This document shows, piece after piece, positions 10,086 to 19,380 of a DNA stretch of 64,000 nucleotides. The stretch lies in NCBI GenBank assembly GCA_051532055.1, contig JAOPTX010000007.1, forward strand, positions 32,001-96,000. Reading direction: 5' to 3'. How positions within the stretch are numbered: position 1 is the stretch's first letter; every line of letters begins with the position of its first letter. This stretch comes from Fibrobacterales bacterium (GTDB lineage Bacteria; Fibrobacterota; Fibrobacteria; Fibrobacterales; JAOPTW01). The notes beneath the pieces were generated by a model that was not told the origin of the DNA, searched no databases, and saw only the letters and a program-made list of their open reading frames with translations. The position numbers were made by a program, and so were the translations under genes.

Positions 10086-10849
10086 TGACCAAATTTAGAC
10101 CGTGTATCGACCTTCACAATGGAGCCGTAAAACAGATTGTTGGCGGCACTCTCAACGACACCACCACTCCCATAACTAATTTTGTATCAAATCATTCAGC
10201 TAAGTGGTTTGCAGAGCAGTACCGCTCTGATAGCCTTACAGGCGGCCACGTTATCAAGCTTGGACCTGGTAATGAAACTGCCGCTCTTGAAGCACTTAAA
10301 GCGTATCCTGGGGGCTTGCAAATCGGTGGAGGCATCACTCCAGATAATGCACTTTCGTATTTAGAAGCCGGGGCATCACATGTTATTGTGACCTCATATC
10401 TCTTTACTAATAAAACGCTTGACTATGACAAACTAAGGAAGCTTGTTGCTGTAGTTGGTAAAGAACGATTAATATTAGATTTAAGCTGCAGAGCTAAAGG
10501 TGAGAGTTGGTTTGTCGCAACAGATCGTTGGCAAACCCTAACAGACACCGAAATTACTGCTGAAACTCTTATTGAACTCGAAGAATATTGTACAGAATTT
10601 CTTGTACATGCAGCCGACGTTGAAGGACTCCAGGGCGGTATCGATTCTCGGCTGGTATCCTTTCTCGCTGAATATACAACAATACCAGTAACCTATGCAG
10701 GGGGGGCCCGTACAATAGCCGACCTTCAATTAGTAAATGAGTTATCTCAAGGTAAAATAGATTTAACTATTGGAAGCGCATTAGATATTTTTGGTGGTTC
10801 AGGTATTACATACGCGGAATGTCTTTTGTTTAACTCAAAAACTGAGTGA
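10085..10849 (+). CDS. hisA: ProFAR isomerase, eukaryotic (HIS6)-type HisA
   Basis: MTKFRPCIDLHNGAVKQIVGGTL, GGHVIKLG, HAADVEGLQGGID and DLTIGSALDIFGG match the yeast/plant HIS6-type subfamily. Confidence 0.93.
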   Translation: MTKFRPCIDLHNGAVKQIVGGTLNDTTTPITNFVSNHSAKWFAEQYRSDSLTGGHVIKLGPGNETAALEALKAYPGGLQIGGGITPDNALSYLEAGASHVIVTSYLFTNKTLDYDKLRKLVAVVGKERLILDLSCRAKGESWFVATDRWQTLTDTEITAETLIELEEYCTEFLVHAADVEGLQGGIDSRLVSFLAEYTTIPVTYAGGARTIADLQLVNELSQGKIDLTIGSALDIFGGSGITYAECLLFNSKTE

Positions 10850-10899
10850 CCACCCCTACCCCATAATTTAGGGACAGCTCCCTGTATAAAAGCTATATT

Positions 10900-12279
10900 T
10901 TGGCCACGTCACTCTTTTGTATTGAGACACCTGTGAATAGAGCCCCAAAACGCACTTTTGGAAAAGAACGTAAAGTCCTACATTTAAAACCAAATCTTTT
11001 TGGCACTATCAATCTTGTCATTCGATTTCACTGTATTCTTTTAGCAAACCTTCCCTCATTAATTCAATTTAGGTTTTCATATAAAAGACGTCCAAAGCGC
11101 ACCTCACCACGTATATTTCTCTATTCTGACAACCTCGATGAAACCAATGGTATCTCAGTAAATTCTCGTATTGTCGTGTCTCGGCTTAAAGAAATGGGAA
11201 GAGATGCCTACCTCATTGGCTCAGCTTATCATACCAATACACGAGGCCGTGTTGAACAAAATGGCACTATTCTTGCACCACAACTTTTCTCCCTAGAACA
11301 ATTTGGATATAAAGACTCAGAGATGGCAATTCCATCCTTAGGTGACCTTATTAAAGTATTCAGGCACCTTCCTCCCGACTTAATTGAGATCGAAACCCCT
11401 GCTACTGGTGGTTCACTTATCACCTTTGCTGCTAAAATCGTAGGAATACCTGTCATACAACACTACCGCACTGACATGATCGCCTATATGAAAAAGCTCA
11501 ATGTAGGGCTAGCAGAACGCATTTTTACAAAACTATGGATTAAGTTACTCTGTAAAATCACTCGTCCGATTGTAGTCCCTTCAGAAGATTTCCGCATTAA
11601 GGTTCGAAAAGAGTTTGGGATACCAGAGCAGGATATTGTTAAAATTCGCCGTGGCGTAAACATTATCGACTTTTCTCCTGAATTTAGGTATGAACCATTT
11701 TGGAACCGATGGTCTGAGAACAATGCCGCAACTCGATTCGTTTATGTTGGCCGTGTTTCGAAAGAAAAAGAACTCGATTTTTTAGAAGAGGTATGGAAAG
11801 AGTTTAGAGTAACCCATACTAACTGCGAACTCCTCATTGTTGGTGACGGCCCCTACCTGAGTGAAATGAAAAAGCATGCAGAATTTTTCCCCGAAGTATT
11901 TTTTAGTGGAAAACTTCTCGGAAAAGAGCTTGCCCTCGCCTATGCTCATGCTGACTTTTTCCTCTTCCCTAGTGGAACAGACACCTTTGGAAATGTAGTT
12001 GTTGAGGCGCTCGCCAGCGCCACACCTGCCATCGTATCTGATAGCGGTGGCCCTAAAGATATTATTGAATCAGGTGAGTATGGTAGAGTAATCCCTTTTA
12101 AAGATCACACCTGCTGGATTGATGTCCTTGAAGAATGTCACGATATTCGTCAAACAATGCCTGAGCGCCTTGAAGAGATGCAACACGCCGCTGTTAAGCG
12201 ATCACACTATTATGATCTCGATAAATCATGTGATGCGTTTTGGGAGTTCTACGAAAAAATTCTCCTCTACCGCTTTTAG
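10900..12279 (+). CDS. GT4 glycosyltransferase (PimB/MgtA/SQD2-like); start uncertain
   Basis: NGIS N-terminal loop, YVGRVSKEK, VGDGP, FPSGTDTFGNVVVEALAS (D/E-x7-E). Confidence 0.88.
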   Translation: MATSLFCIETPVNRAPKRTFGKERKVLHLKPNLFGTINLVIRFHCILLANLPSLIQFRFSYKRRPKRTSPRIFLYSDNLDETNGISVNSRIVVSRLKEMGRDAYLIGSAYHTNTRGRVEQNGTILAPQLFSLEQFGYKDSEMAIPSLGDLIKVFRHLPPDLIEIETPATGGSLITFAAKIVGIPVIQHYRTDMIAYMKKLNVGLAERIFTKLWIKLLCKITRPIVVPSEDFRIKVRKEFGIPEQDIVKIRRGVNIIDFSPEFRYEPFWNRWSENNAATRFVYVGRVSKEKELDFLEEVWKEFRVTHTNCELLIVGDGPYLSEMKKHAEFFPEVFFSGKLLGKELALAYAHADFFLFPSGTDTFGNVVVEALASATPAIVSDSGGPKDIIESGEYGRVIPFKDHTCWIDVLEECHDIRQTMPERLEEMQHAAVKRSHYYDLDKSCDAFWEFYEKILLYRF

Positions 12280-15200
12280 CTTTCTTTCATTCCAAACCGA
12301 GCAAATACCCAATAGAGCATTGGTACAAAAAAGAGTGTTAAGGTTGTTGAAACAATCAAACCACCAATTGATGCTATAGCCATTGGTTGTCGCATCTCAG
12401 CTCCAGCCCCCAGACCTAAAGCAAGAGGCATCATTGCCATTATCGTCGCAATATTTGTCATTACAATAGCACGAAATTTACTTGCAGCACCTTTAATTGC
12501 AGCCTCTCGAAGAGTCAGGCCTTCATTGCGCATAAGATGATTAGCATAGTCCAAAATCAATATACCATTATTTACCACGATACCAATAAGCATTACAATA
12601 GCCATCAGGGAAATTATAGAGATTGCTGATCCCGAAAGAAACAATGACCAGATCACTCCTATAAGCCCAAGGGGTATTGTAGACATAATAATTATGGGCT
12701 GTAAAAAACTTTCGAGCAATGCCGTAAGAAGAACATAGGTTAAAATAATAGCCATAACAATTGCAATTAAAAAATCCGCTGCAGCATCTGCCATCATTTC
12801 TGCATTACCGCCAAAAGTAATACGAGTATCCCCCTTAAGATTGAGACTTTCAATATATGGATCTAGCTGCTTTTGTACATCTCCTGGCGTCATACCTGGT
12901 ACAAGGTTTGTCGAGATTTTCACCATACGCTCTTTATTTTTTCTCGAGATCGTTGTCGGCCCTTCAGATGCACTCTCTTCAACAAATGATGCAAGAGGTA
13001 TTACACCTCGGGGACTGAGTATAGGAAGTGAAAGAATATCTGATCGCTTTTTTCGGTCACTCTCTGCAAATTTGACAGTGACATCATATTCATCCACTCC
13101 TTCTCGATATTGTGTTGCTGCATCACCCACAACATACATGCGAATAGTTTGAGCAATCTGCCCAACAGTTACCCCATAATCTGCCACAGCATTTCTTCGA
13201 GGGCGAAGCACCAACTCTGGTTTACCACTTTTCCAATTGGTCTCCATATCTGCAACACCAGGTACCGCAGCAATAAAGCTACTCACCGAATCAACAGCCT
13301 CTAGGATATTATCCATATTCGTACCAACGATCTCTACATCTAGGTCACTGGCATTCGGGTCACCACCGGTTGACTTGATAGACTTAATAATTATCGAAGC
13401 ATCAGGGATATGAACCATTTGCGTTCTCAAATCAGCAACAATCTCTTCAGTAGAACGGTCACGTTCAGATTTGTCTTTGAGTTGCACGACCACAAAAGAA
13501 AGATGTCCCCCCTGCGCTAACCCTTCAATAGTCCCTATTGTTGCATACTGAGAGACTAACTCTGGTACATCTCTCAATACTTCTTCAACTTTTGCCACTG
13601 CCCTATTTGACGTCTCAAGGTTTGTCCCCGAAGGAAGCTCTACTTTTACTTCAAAAGTCCCTTCATCTGATTTCGGAACAAACTCTCCACCAAGTTGAGT
13701 AACCACAATTCCTATGCTTGCAAATAGCAACAACACAACAATTGACGTCACGATAGTTCCGAGTCGGGTTAGTACAAGTTCGAGCCCATATTCATACTTT
13801 TGCTCAATCCAATGCATCAACCCTTTCCGGTCGGTATCTGCAAACTCATCAATCTCTTTCTGATTACGATTGTGCAACATACGTGAAGCCATCATTGGCG
13901 TAAGAGTAAAAGAGACGAAGAGAGATACTCCCGTAACATAGACCATAGTCATCCCAAATTCTACAAAAAAGGCTCCTACTATACTTTGCATAAAAGCAAT
14001 CGGTACAAACACCGCAACATTAGTGAGAGTCGATGCAATCACTGCTGTTGCAATTTCTATCGTCCCTTCTTCTGCTGATTTTTTTGGGTCATCACCTCTA
14101 CCCATATGCTTGATAATATTTTCGAGTACTACAATAGAATTTGTTACTAAAATACCTACCGCAATACCAATAGCCATTAAACTCATCATATTAAACGTAA
14201 AACCGGAACCGTACATAAACGTTACCGTCCCAATAATAGAGATCGGCATTGTTGTTGCCGCAATAATGGTGATTGACATTTTTCTCAAAAATACAAGGAG
14301 TACAATAGCAGTAAGTATAATCCCAAAAATGATATTTACATACACATCATTGACTGAGTTATTTACAAAAATAGAGTTATCCTTTGCAACACTCAGAGTG
14401 TACCCTTCTGGAAGTCCTGCAGTGATTACTTTTAACTTCTTTTTAATCTTGTCAGCAACATTGATAATATTTGCATCTGCCCGCTTCTTTATACTCAGTC
14501 CCACAGAGGTGACTTCATTATACCGTGCATCTTGTACTTGTTCTTTGTACGTATCAGTTACACGGGCAATATGTTTCAATTGAACCACACCCATTTTAGT
14601 GGGGATTTCAAGTTCATTCAGTTGATCAAGTGAGACAAATTTAGAGTTTATCCGTACATTGATGTCTTGCGTTTGATTCTCAATATTTCCAAGAGGAAAA
14701 TTAAGGTTACTCGCTCGTATAATGCCAAATACCGATTCATAGGAAAGCCCTCGAGCCTCCATCTCTGTTTTACTCAATTCAACTAATATCTCACGCTCAA
14801 CGCCTCCTTCAATATTAACCGCCGCTACACCCGATACTTTCGCGAGCCGTTCTTGAATATCCTCTGCTCTCTTTTTTACAGCAACAAGTGATTCATCACC
14901 CGTCAACGCAAGAGACAATACAGGCTTATCACCAATATCAAATTTGGTAACAACAGGGTCTTCAATTGCATCGGGAAGCTCTCTTCGAATCTCATTTATT
15001 TTATCTTTTACATCAATAGAGGCAAAGTCGACATTGAGACCCATATTAAATTGAATGGTTATAATACTCACCCCTTCCATTTGGTATGAGTAAATGAGAT
15101 CAACTCCATCCAGAAGAGAAAAGGCGTCTTCGAGTTTTTCGGTTACCGAAGTTTCAATTTCTTCAGGCCCTGCCCCAGGGTAGATTGTTGTAATGGTTAC

Positions 15201-15335
15201 TACCGGTATATCTACCTTAGGCATGATCTCCATAGACATCATCCTGAAAGTATAGACGCCAAAGACTACGAGCGCAGTAATTATCATGAGCATGGTAATT
15301 GGTTTATTGATACTTAATCGTATTAGTGAACGCAT
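12276..15335 (-). CDS. RND efflux transporter permease (AcrB family)
   Basis: 1019 aa; YPGAGPEEIE, NSIVVLENI, GIVVNNGILILD, PMAIASIGGL. Confidence 0.95.
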   Translation of the reverse strand: MRSLIRLSINKPITMLMIITALVVFGVYTFRMMSMEIMPKVDIPVVTITTIYPGAGPEEIETSVTEKLEDAFSLLDGVDLIYSYQMEGVSIITIQFNMGLNVDFASIDVKDKINEIRRELPDAIEDPVVTKFDIGDKPVLSLALTGDESLVAVKKRAEDIQERLAKVSGVAAVNIEGGVEREILVELSKTEMEARGLSYESVFGIIRASNLNFPLGNIENQTQDINVRINSKFVSLDQLNELEIPTKMGVVQLKHIARVTDTYKEQVQDARYNEVTSVGLSIKKRADANIINVADKIKKKLKVITAGLPEGYTLSVAKDNSIFVNNSVNDVYVNIIFGIILTAIVLLVFLRKMSITIIAATTMPISIIGTVTFMYGSGFTFNMMSLMAIGIAVGILVTNSIVVLENIIKHMGRGDDPKKSAEEGTIEIATAVIASTLTNVAVFVPIAFMQSIVGAFFVEFGMTMVYVTGVSLFVSFTLTPMMASRMLHNRNQKEIDEFADTDRKGLMHWIEQKYEYGLELVLTRLGTIVTSIVVLLLFASIGIVVTQLGGEFVPKSDEGTFEVKVELPSGTNLETSNRAVAKVEEVLRDVPELVSQYATIGTIEGLAQGGHLSFVVVQLKDKSERDRSTEEIVADLRTQMVHIPDASIIIKSIKSTGGDPNASDLDVEIVGTNMDNILEAVDSVSSFIAAVPGVADMETNWKSGKPELVLRPRRNAVADYGVTVGQIAQTIRMYVVGDAATQYREGVDEYDVTVKFAESDRKKRSDILSLPILSPRGVIPLASFVEESASEGPTTISRKNKERMVKISTNLVPGMTPGDVQKQLDPYIESLNLKGDTRITFGGNAEMMADAAADFLIAIVMAIILTYVLLTALLESFLQPIIIMSTIPLGLIGVIWSLFLSGSAISIISLMAIVMLIGIVVNNGILILDYANHLMRNEGLTLREAAIKGAASKFRAIVMTNIATIMAMMPLALGLGAGAEMRQPMAIASIGGLIVSTTLTLFFVPMLYWVFARFGMKES

Positions 15336-15354
15336 TATATTCTCCTCATCTCAC

Positions 15355-16416
15355 CTATTGAGCGCCAGTAATCTGATTAGTCATCAGTACTTTCACCCCA
15401 TCACTCAATCTCGTTGCACCAGTAGTCACAACAAAATCACCTTCTTGTACACCCTTTTTTATAGAGGCATAATCATCATTCTCAAGGAGTACGTTAACCA
15501 ACTGCTTTTTGGCTACTCCATCATTCACCACATACACATACGGTTGTTCTTTATCGTATCTCAAGGCTGTGACAGGGATATATTTACCCTCTTGCTCATT
15601 GGTAATTACATTTACTTTAACATACATCCCTGGCTTTAACGTCTTCTCTTTATTATTAAATCGAATTTCTACATTAAAGAATCGGGTCATAGGATTTGCC
15701 GCAAGAGGCACCTTTTCAACATGCCCCCATATCTTTTTATCACCCATTTCGATAAAGGCATTTAAACCTTTTTTAAACTTATGAATCTCTTGTGAACTCA
15801 CATTTACCTTTAGAAGCATAGTGTTTATCTGCGCAATCTTCATCATAGGGTATTCATCCTTCCCCGTAATAGCAACAGTCCCCTCTTTGAAAAAGATATC
15901 AGTTATAACTCCATTAAATGGCGCAAGAACATTTCTCGCCTTACGCATGGAGTCAAAATTTGCCTTTGCAGCCAAGTAATTTGCTTCAACTTCATCGAGC
16001 TTTTGTTTAGAGACACCGCCCTTTTCATATACTCGCTTTAACCGGTTATATGACTTTACTGCTATATTAAATTGAACCTGTGCTTGACGATACTTTGGTG
16101 TAACGCCTTGATCATCAAGGATAGCAAGTACTTGGTCTTTTTTAACATAGTCTCCAATTGCAACCGATATCTTTTGAATATATTCTGGGAGTACTGCATA
16201 AATATTTTTCTGACGCGCCCCTTCAACATCACCAGAGTACTTACTTATTTTCGATATTTTTCCCGATGCAACAATATCGACTGTTACCGGCACCCCTTTT
16301 TGCACTTGGAGTTCCGTCATGTTAGGCTTATCATCAATAGGTGCTTTTTCGCATCCCCCGACAATAAGTACGAGACTTATTATCGACACTATTTCTCTTA
16401 TTACTTTCATGTTCAT
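15355..16416 (-). CDS. RND periplasmic adaptor (membrane fusion protein), lipoprotein
   Basis: Lipobox-like VGGC, lipoyl motifs (GDYVKKDQVL; APFNGVI), LKPGMYV. Confidence 0.93.
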   Translation of the reverse strand: MNMKVIREIVSIISLVLIVGGCEKAPIDDKPNMTELQVQKGVPVTVDIVASGKISKISKYSGDVEGARQKNIYAVLPEYIQKISVAIGDYVKKDQVLAILDDQGVTPKYRQAQVQFNIAVKSYNRLKRVYEKGGVSKQKLDEVEANYLAAKANFDSMRKARNVLAPFNGVITDIFFKEGTVAITGKDEYPMMKIAQINTMLLKVNVSSQEIHKFKKGLNAFIEMGDKKIWGHVEKVPLAANPMTRFFNVEIRFNNKEKTLKPGMYVKVNVITNEQEGKYIPVTALRYDKEQPYVYVVNDGVAKKQLVNVLLENDDYASIKKGVQEGDFVVTTGATRLSDGVKVLMTNQITGAQ

Positions 16417-16422
16417 ACCTTC

Positions 16423-17805
16423 CTAAAAAATTCCCATTGCCTGTTTTAGACCAATTGATGCTAACGTATAGGCCAACAACGCTTCTTGATATTGTAATTT
16501 TGCCTTTCTCACCTCAAGCTCTGCATCAAGTACTTCAAGCTGTGATGCTTCGCCTATTTCATAGGATGCACTCACCATACCTTCTGTCTTTTGCGTTAAC
16601 TCAATGAGTTTTTTACGTATTATAATTTGCCTCTCGGCTTCTGCTATTTTTTCCCATTCTGATTCTAACTGAAGCTTTATACCTTTACGCGCCTTATCTG
16701 TATTAATTTTAACCTTTTCAAGCTCTGTTCTCGCTTGTACCACCCGTTCCTTTGTAGAAAGTCCATTAAACAGATTGAGCTTGATCCCTGCAAATACCCG
16801 TACATCAGTGTGCCATGTATCATTGATCACTTTATCGCCAATATTCAACAAAGTATAAGCACCACCAACATAGAGAGTAGGGAAATAATCAGACTGTTCA
16901 ATGGTGATAGCATAATCACGAAGCTTCTGTAGTTGTTGTAGCTGGGCAAGTTCTCTTCTATGTTTAAGCGCGGTATCAAATGAGCTCTCTTTTTTAAAAG
17001 ATATTTCAGGTGTCTCTAACTTTCCTTCCAATGCAATATCTTTATTATATGAAAGACCCATGGTATTGAGGAGTGCGTTTTTTGCTAGTACCAAGTCTTG
17101 CTGCATCGCATCGGAATCCACCTCTAGACTACTGACATTAATTTGAGCGCGGAGATAATCAATTTCACTCACAAGACCTGAAGCATGCATTGTTTCAACC
17201 TGAGCCAAATGCTTTTGAGCAGTTGAAAGCGCCTCCATCATAATGTCCACAGCTTTATCAAAGTAAAGCGCCCTATAAAAGCTTTGGGTTACCATAAACT
17301 TTACTTCAGTCATGAGTGCTTCATGTTGATACTCACTCAGTTTTTCATATTCTACCGCAATCTTCGGTGCAGTCCATGCTGCCTGATTAAAAATTGTTTG
17401 AGTAAGTACAAGTCCTGCTGTGGTTTGATGATCATTCGTCATACTTTCGCCAAGACCCTGCATCATTGAACCAATATCATATGCAAGGGCCGCAGTTGGT
17501 TGACTAAAGGTCGCTGAGTCACCTGGAGTGATAAATGGAGTTGCCGAAGGGTACGGATTACTATTATCTCCTTCCAAAGGATTATATTGTTCTACAGCCC
17601 ATTCCCACTTTGCATCAAAATCGATTTTAGGAAAAACCGCACTATAAGCAGCACGCACCTGTGAACGCGAATTCTTAAGCGTTTCATGTGATTCCTTTAT
17701 TGATTGATTATGTGCTACCGCAATCTCCACAGCCTTCTCTAAGGTGTAGAGCTCTGCATAGAGCGCACTCGATAATAGTATCACACATATAACCCATTTA
17801 TTCAT
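16423..17805 (-). CDS. TolC-family outer membrane channel
   Basis: Signal peptide, two OEP repeats (FPKID; YFPTL; GEASQLEVLDAE), operon context. Confidence 0.92.
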   Translation of the reverse strand: MNKWVICVILLSSALYAELYTLEKAVEIAVAHNQSIKESHETLKNSRSQVRAAYSAVFPKIDFDAKWEWAVEQYNPLEGDNSNPYPSATPFITPGDSATFSQPTAALAYDIGSMMQGLGESMTNDHQTTAGLVLTQTIFNQAAWTAPKIAVEYEKLSEYQHEALMTEVKFMVTQSFYRALYFDKAVDIMMEALSTAQKHLAQVETMHASGLVSEIDYLRAQINVSSLEVDSDAMQQDLVLAKNALLNTMGLSYNKDIALEGKLETPEISFKKESSFDTALKHRRELAQLQQLQKLRDYAITIEQSDYFPTLYVGGAYTLLNIGDKVINDTWHTDVRVFAGIKLNLFNGLSTKERVVQARTELEKVKINTDKARKGIKLQLESEWEKIAEAERQIIIRKKLIELTQKTEGMVSASYEIGEASQLEVLDAELEVRKAKLQYQEALLAYTLASIGLKQAMGIF

Positions 17806-17818
17806 AAGAGAGCACTCC

Positions 17819-18418
17819 TTAAAGTTCTTTAAAAAATGAATTCATAAGTAATTCACTAACTACAGTATCATCATCAGAAAGCATTCCTCGAATCATGCAT
17901 TTTTTAATAGCGGATAAATTGGTAAAAAATGAAATACTCAAAAAGCGCGCATCAGTCTTTTGTATCTCTCCTCGTTCCATTGCCTGTTCAAACATTTCTA
18001 CAAATGGTGCATGGAAAGTGTCAAAAAATTGACACGACTTATTAAATACTTCACTGTTCTGCACCTGCCAAGAAGAGTATTCTAAAAAGGCAAGTATCTC
18101 GTTCAATGCAACTTGCTTAAGGAAATAGTCATGAGAGATTGTAAGTACCTGGGTCATTTTTTCAACAATGTGTCCATCTACCTTAACTGTCTGAGATATC
18201 TCACTCAAAAACTCACTAAACACTTTCTCTACAAGAGACCAAATAATATCCTCTTTATTTTTGAAATAGTTGTAAAGTGTCCCCTTTCCAAAGTCAGCTT
18301 TTTTAGCAATATCATCAACTGATATATTGGTAATACCCTTCTCTGCTATAAGGTGGGCTGTTGCATTTAATATATCTTCTACATTTCTTCTTCTATTTTT
18401 CTCTTTACGCGTTTCCAA
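17819..18418 (-). CDS. TetR/AcrR-family regulator
   Basis: HTH ISVDDIAKKADFGKGTLYNYFKNKEDI; probable TTG start at 18418. Confidence 0.92.
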   Translation of the reverse strand: METRKEKNRRRNVEDILNATAHLIAEKGITNISVDDIAKKADFGKGTLYNYFKNKEDIIWSLVEKVFSEFLSEISQTVKVDGHIVEKMTQVLTISHDYFLKQVALNEILAFLEYSSWQVQNSEVFNKSCQFFDTFHAPFVEMFEQAMERGEIQKTDARFLSISFFTNLSAIKKCMIRGMLSDDDTVVSELLMNSFFKEL

Positions 18419-18441
18419 TACTATACTCTCATTCTTAATCT

Positions 18442-18455
18442 TGACTACTAGGTCA
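18442..18455. promoter_or_regulatory. Candidate TetR operator
   Basis: TGAC-tactag-GTCA inverted repeat ~25 nt upstream of the tetR start. Confidence 0.45.
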
Positions 18456-18665
18456 TAATTTAGACAAGAAGTCGCCAGTAAGCAATACAATTATTGTAAC
18501 ACTTGGTAACATTGTCCTTTTTCCCAATGATTGTACCTAATATCACTTCATGAAACAATGAATCACCCTATTTTCTAGCAATCGTACCCACTCTTTCCCC
18601 TTGTGTATCAAATGGGCCAGATAATCACGATCACTTATTCACAAAGTGCCAAAAATTTGATATAA

Positions 18666-19322
18666 TTGAGCCAAACACATAAAATTTTTGGTCGGGATTT
18701 GTTCAGAAGTAAACAAATTATTATGCTCTGTTTGGTTATTACAGTTTCACTTTCTGCAATGCCGTTAAAAGACTCTACAGCTATACCTTATAATCGATCC
18801 AATGATATTACCATTGGGTTTTTAAGTTTTCTTACTCTTGCTAATCAGACCAATGATAAAAGTATCTCTTTCTTTAATTTTCAATATAGCCGTAAAATCA
18901 CTCCCCCCATTCACCTCTATTTTGAATGGTATTCTATGGTAGGAGAGATTGCCTATACTGACCCATTAGAGAATAGACTTATCGATAAATTTGGCGTTAC
19001 CGTTCTTCAAACAGGGTTATATATCTACCCTTTTAGCAATACGGCTATTGTAAAAAACTTCTGGGTAAAATCGGGAGTAGGAATATCAAATGTATTTCTA
19101 GAGTCTCGCGAATTTACTCCCCAAAAATTACGTGCGTGCTTATTTATTGGCCCAGGATATCGAGCGGTACTTGCTGACTTCTTCATCATTAATTTTGGTG
19201 TCACTTTTAACCCCTTTCCTGTTCATATCACTAATAGTCTCGAAAACAGACAGCAAGGAGCAACTCAGGGCTACGGCCTTGAATGGCTCTATCCTGATTT
19301 GAGTTTTGGGTTTCGATTTTAG
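18666..19322 (+). CDS. Hypothetical outer-membrane beta-barrel-like protein
   Basis: Signal-peptide-like segment, amphipathic strands, C-terminal DLSFGFRF; start may be 18723. Confidence 0.6.
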   Translation: MSQTHKIFGRDLFRSKQIIMLCLVITVSLSAMPLKDSTAIPYNRSNDITIGFLSFLTLANQTNDKSISFFNFQYSRKITPPIHLYFEWYSMVGEIAYTDPLENRLIDKFGVTVLQTGLYIYPFSNTAIVKNFWVKSGVGISNVFLESREFTPQKLRACLFIGPGYRAVLADFFIINFGVTFNPFPVHITNSLENRQQGATQGYGLEWLYPDLSFGFRF

Positions 19323-19323
19323 T

Positions 19324-19354
19324 AAAAAAAAATGCCATGACATTCGTCACAGCA
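19324..19354 (-). terminator. Intrinsic terminator of the secretin gene
   Basis: Minus strand TGCTGTGAC-GAAT-GTCATGGCA-T9. Confidence 0.75.
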
Positions 19355-19380
19355 CTCAACAATATAAATAGTAATGCCTA

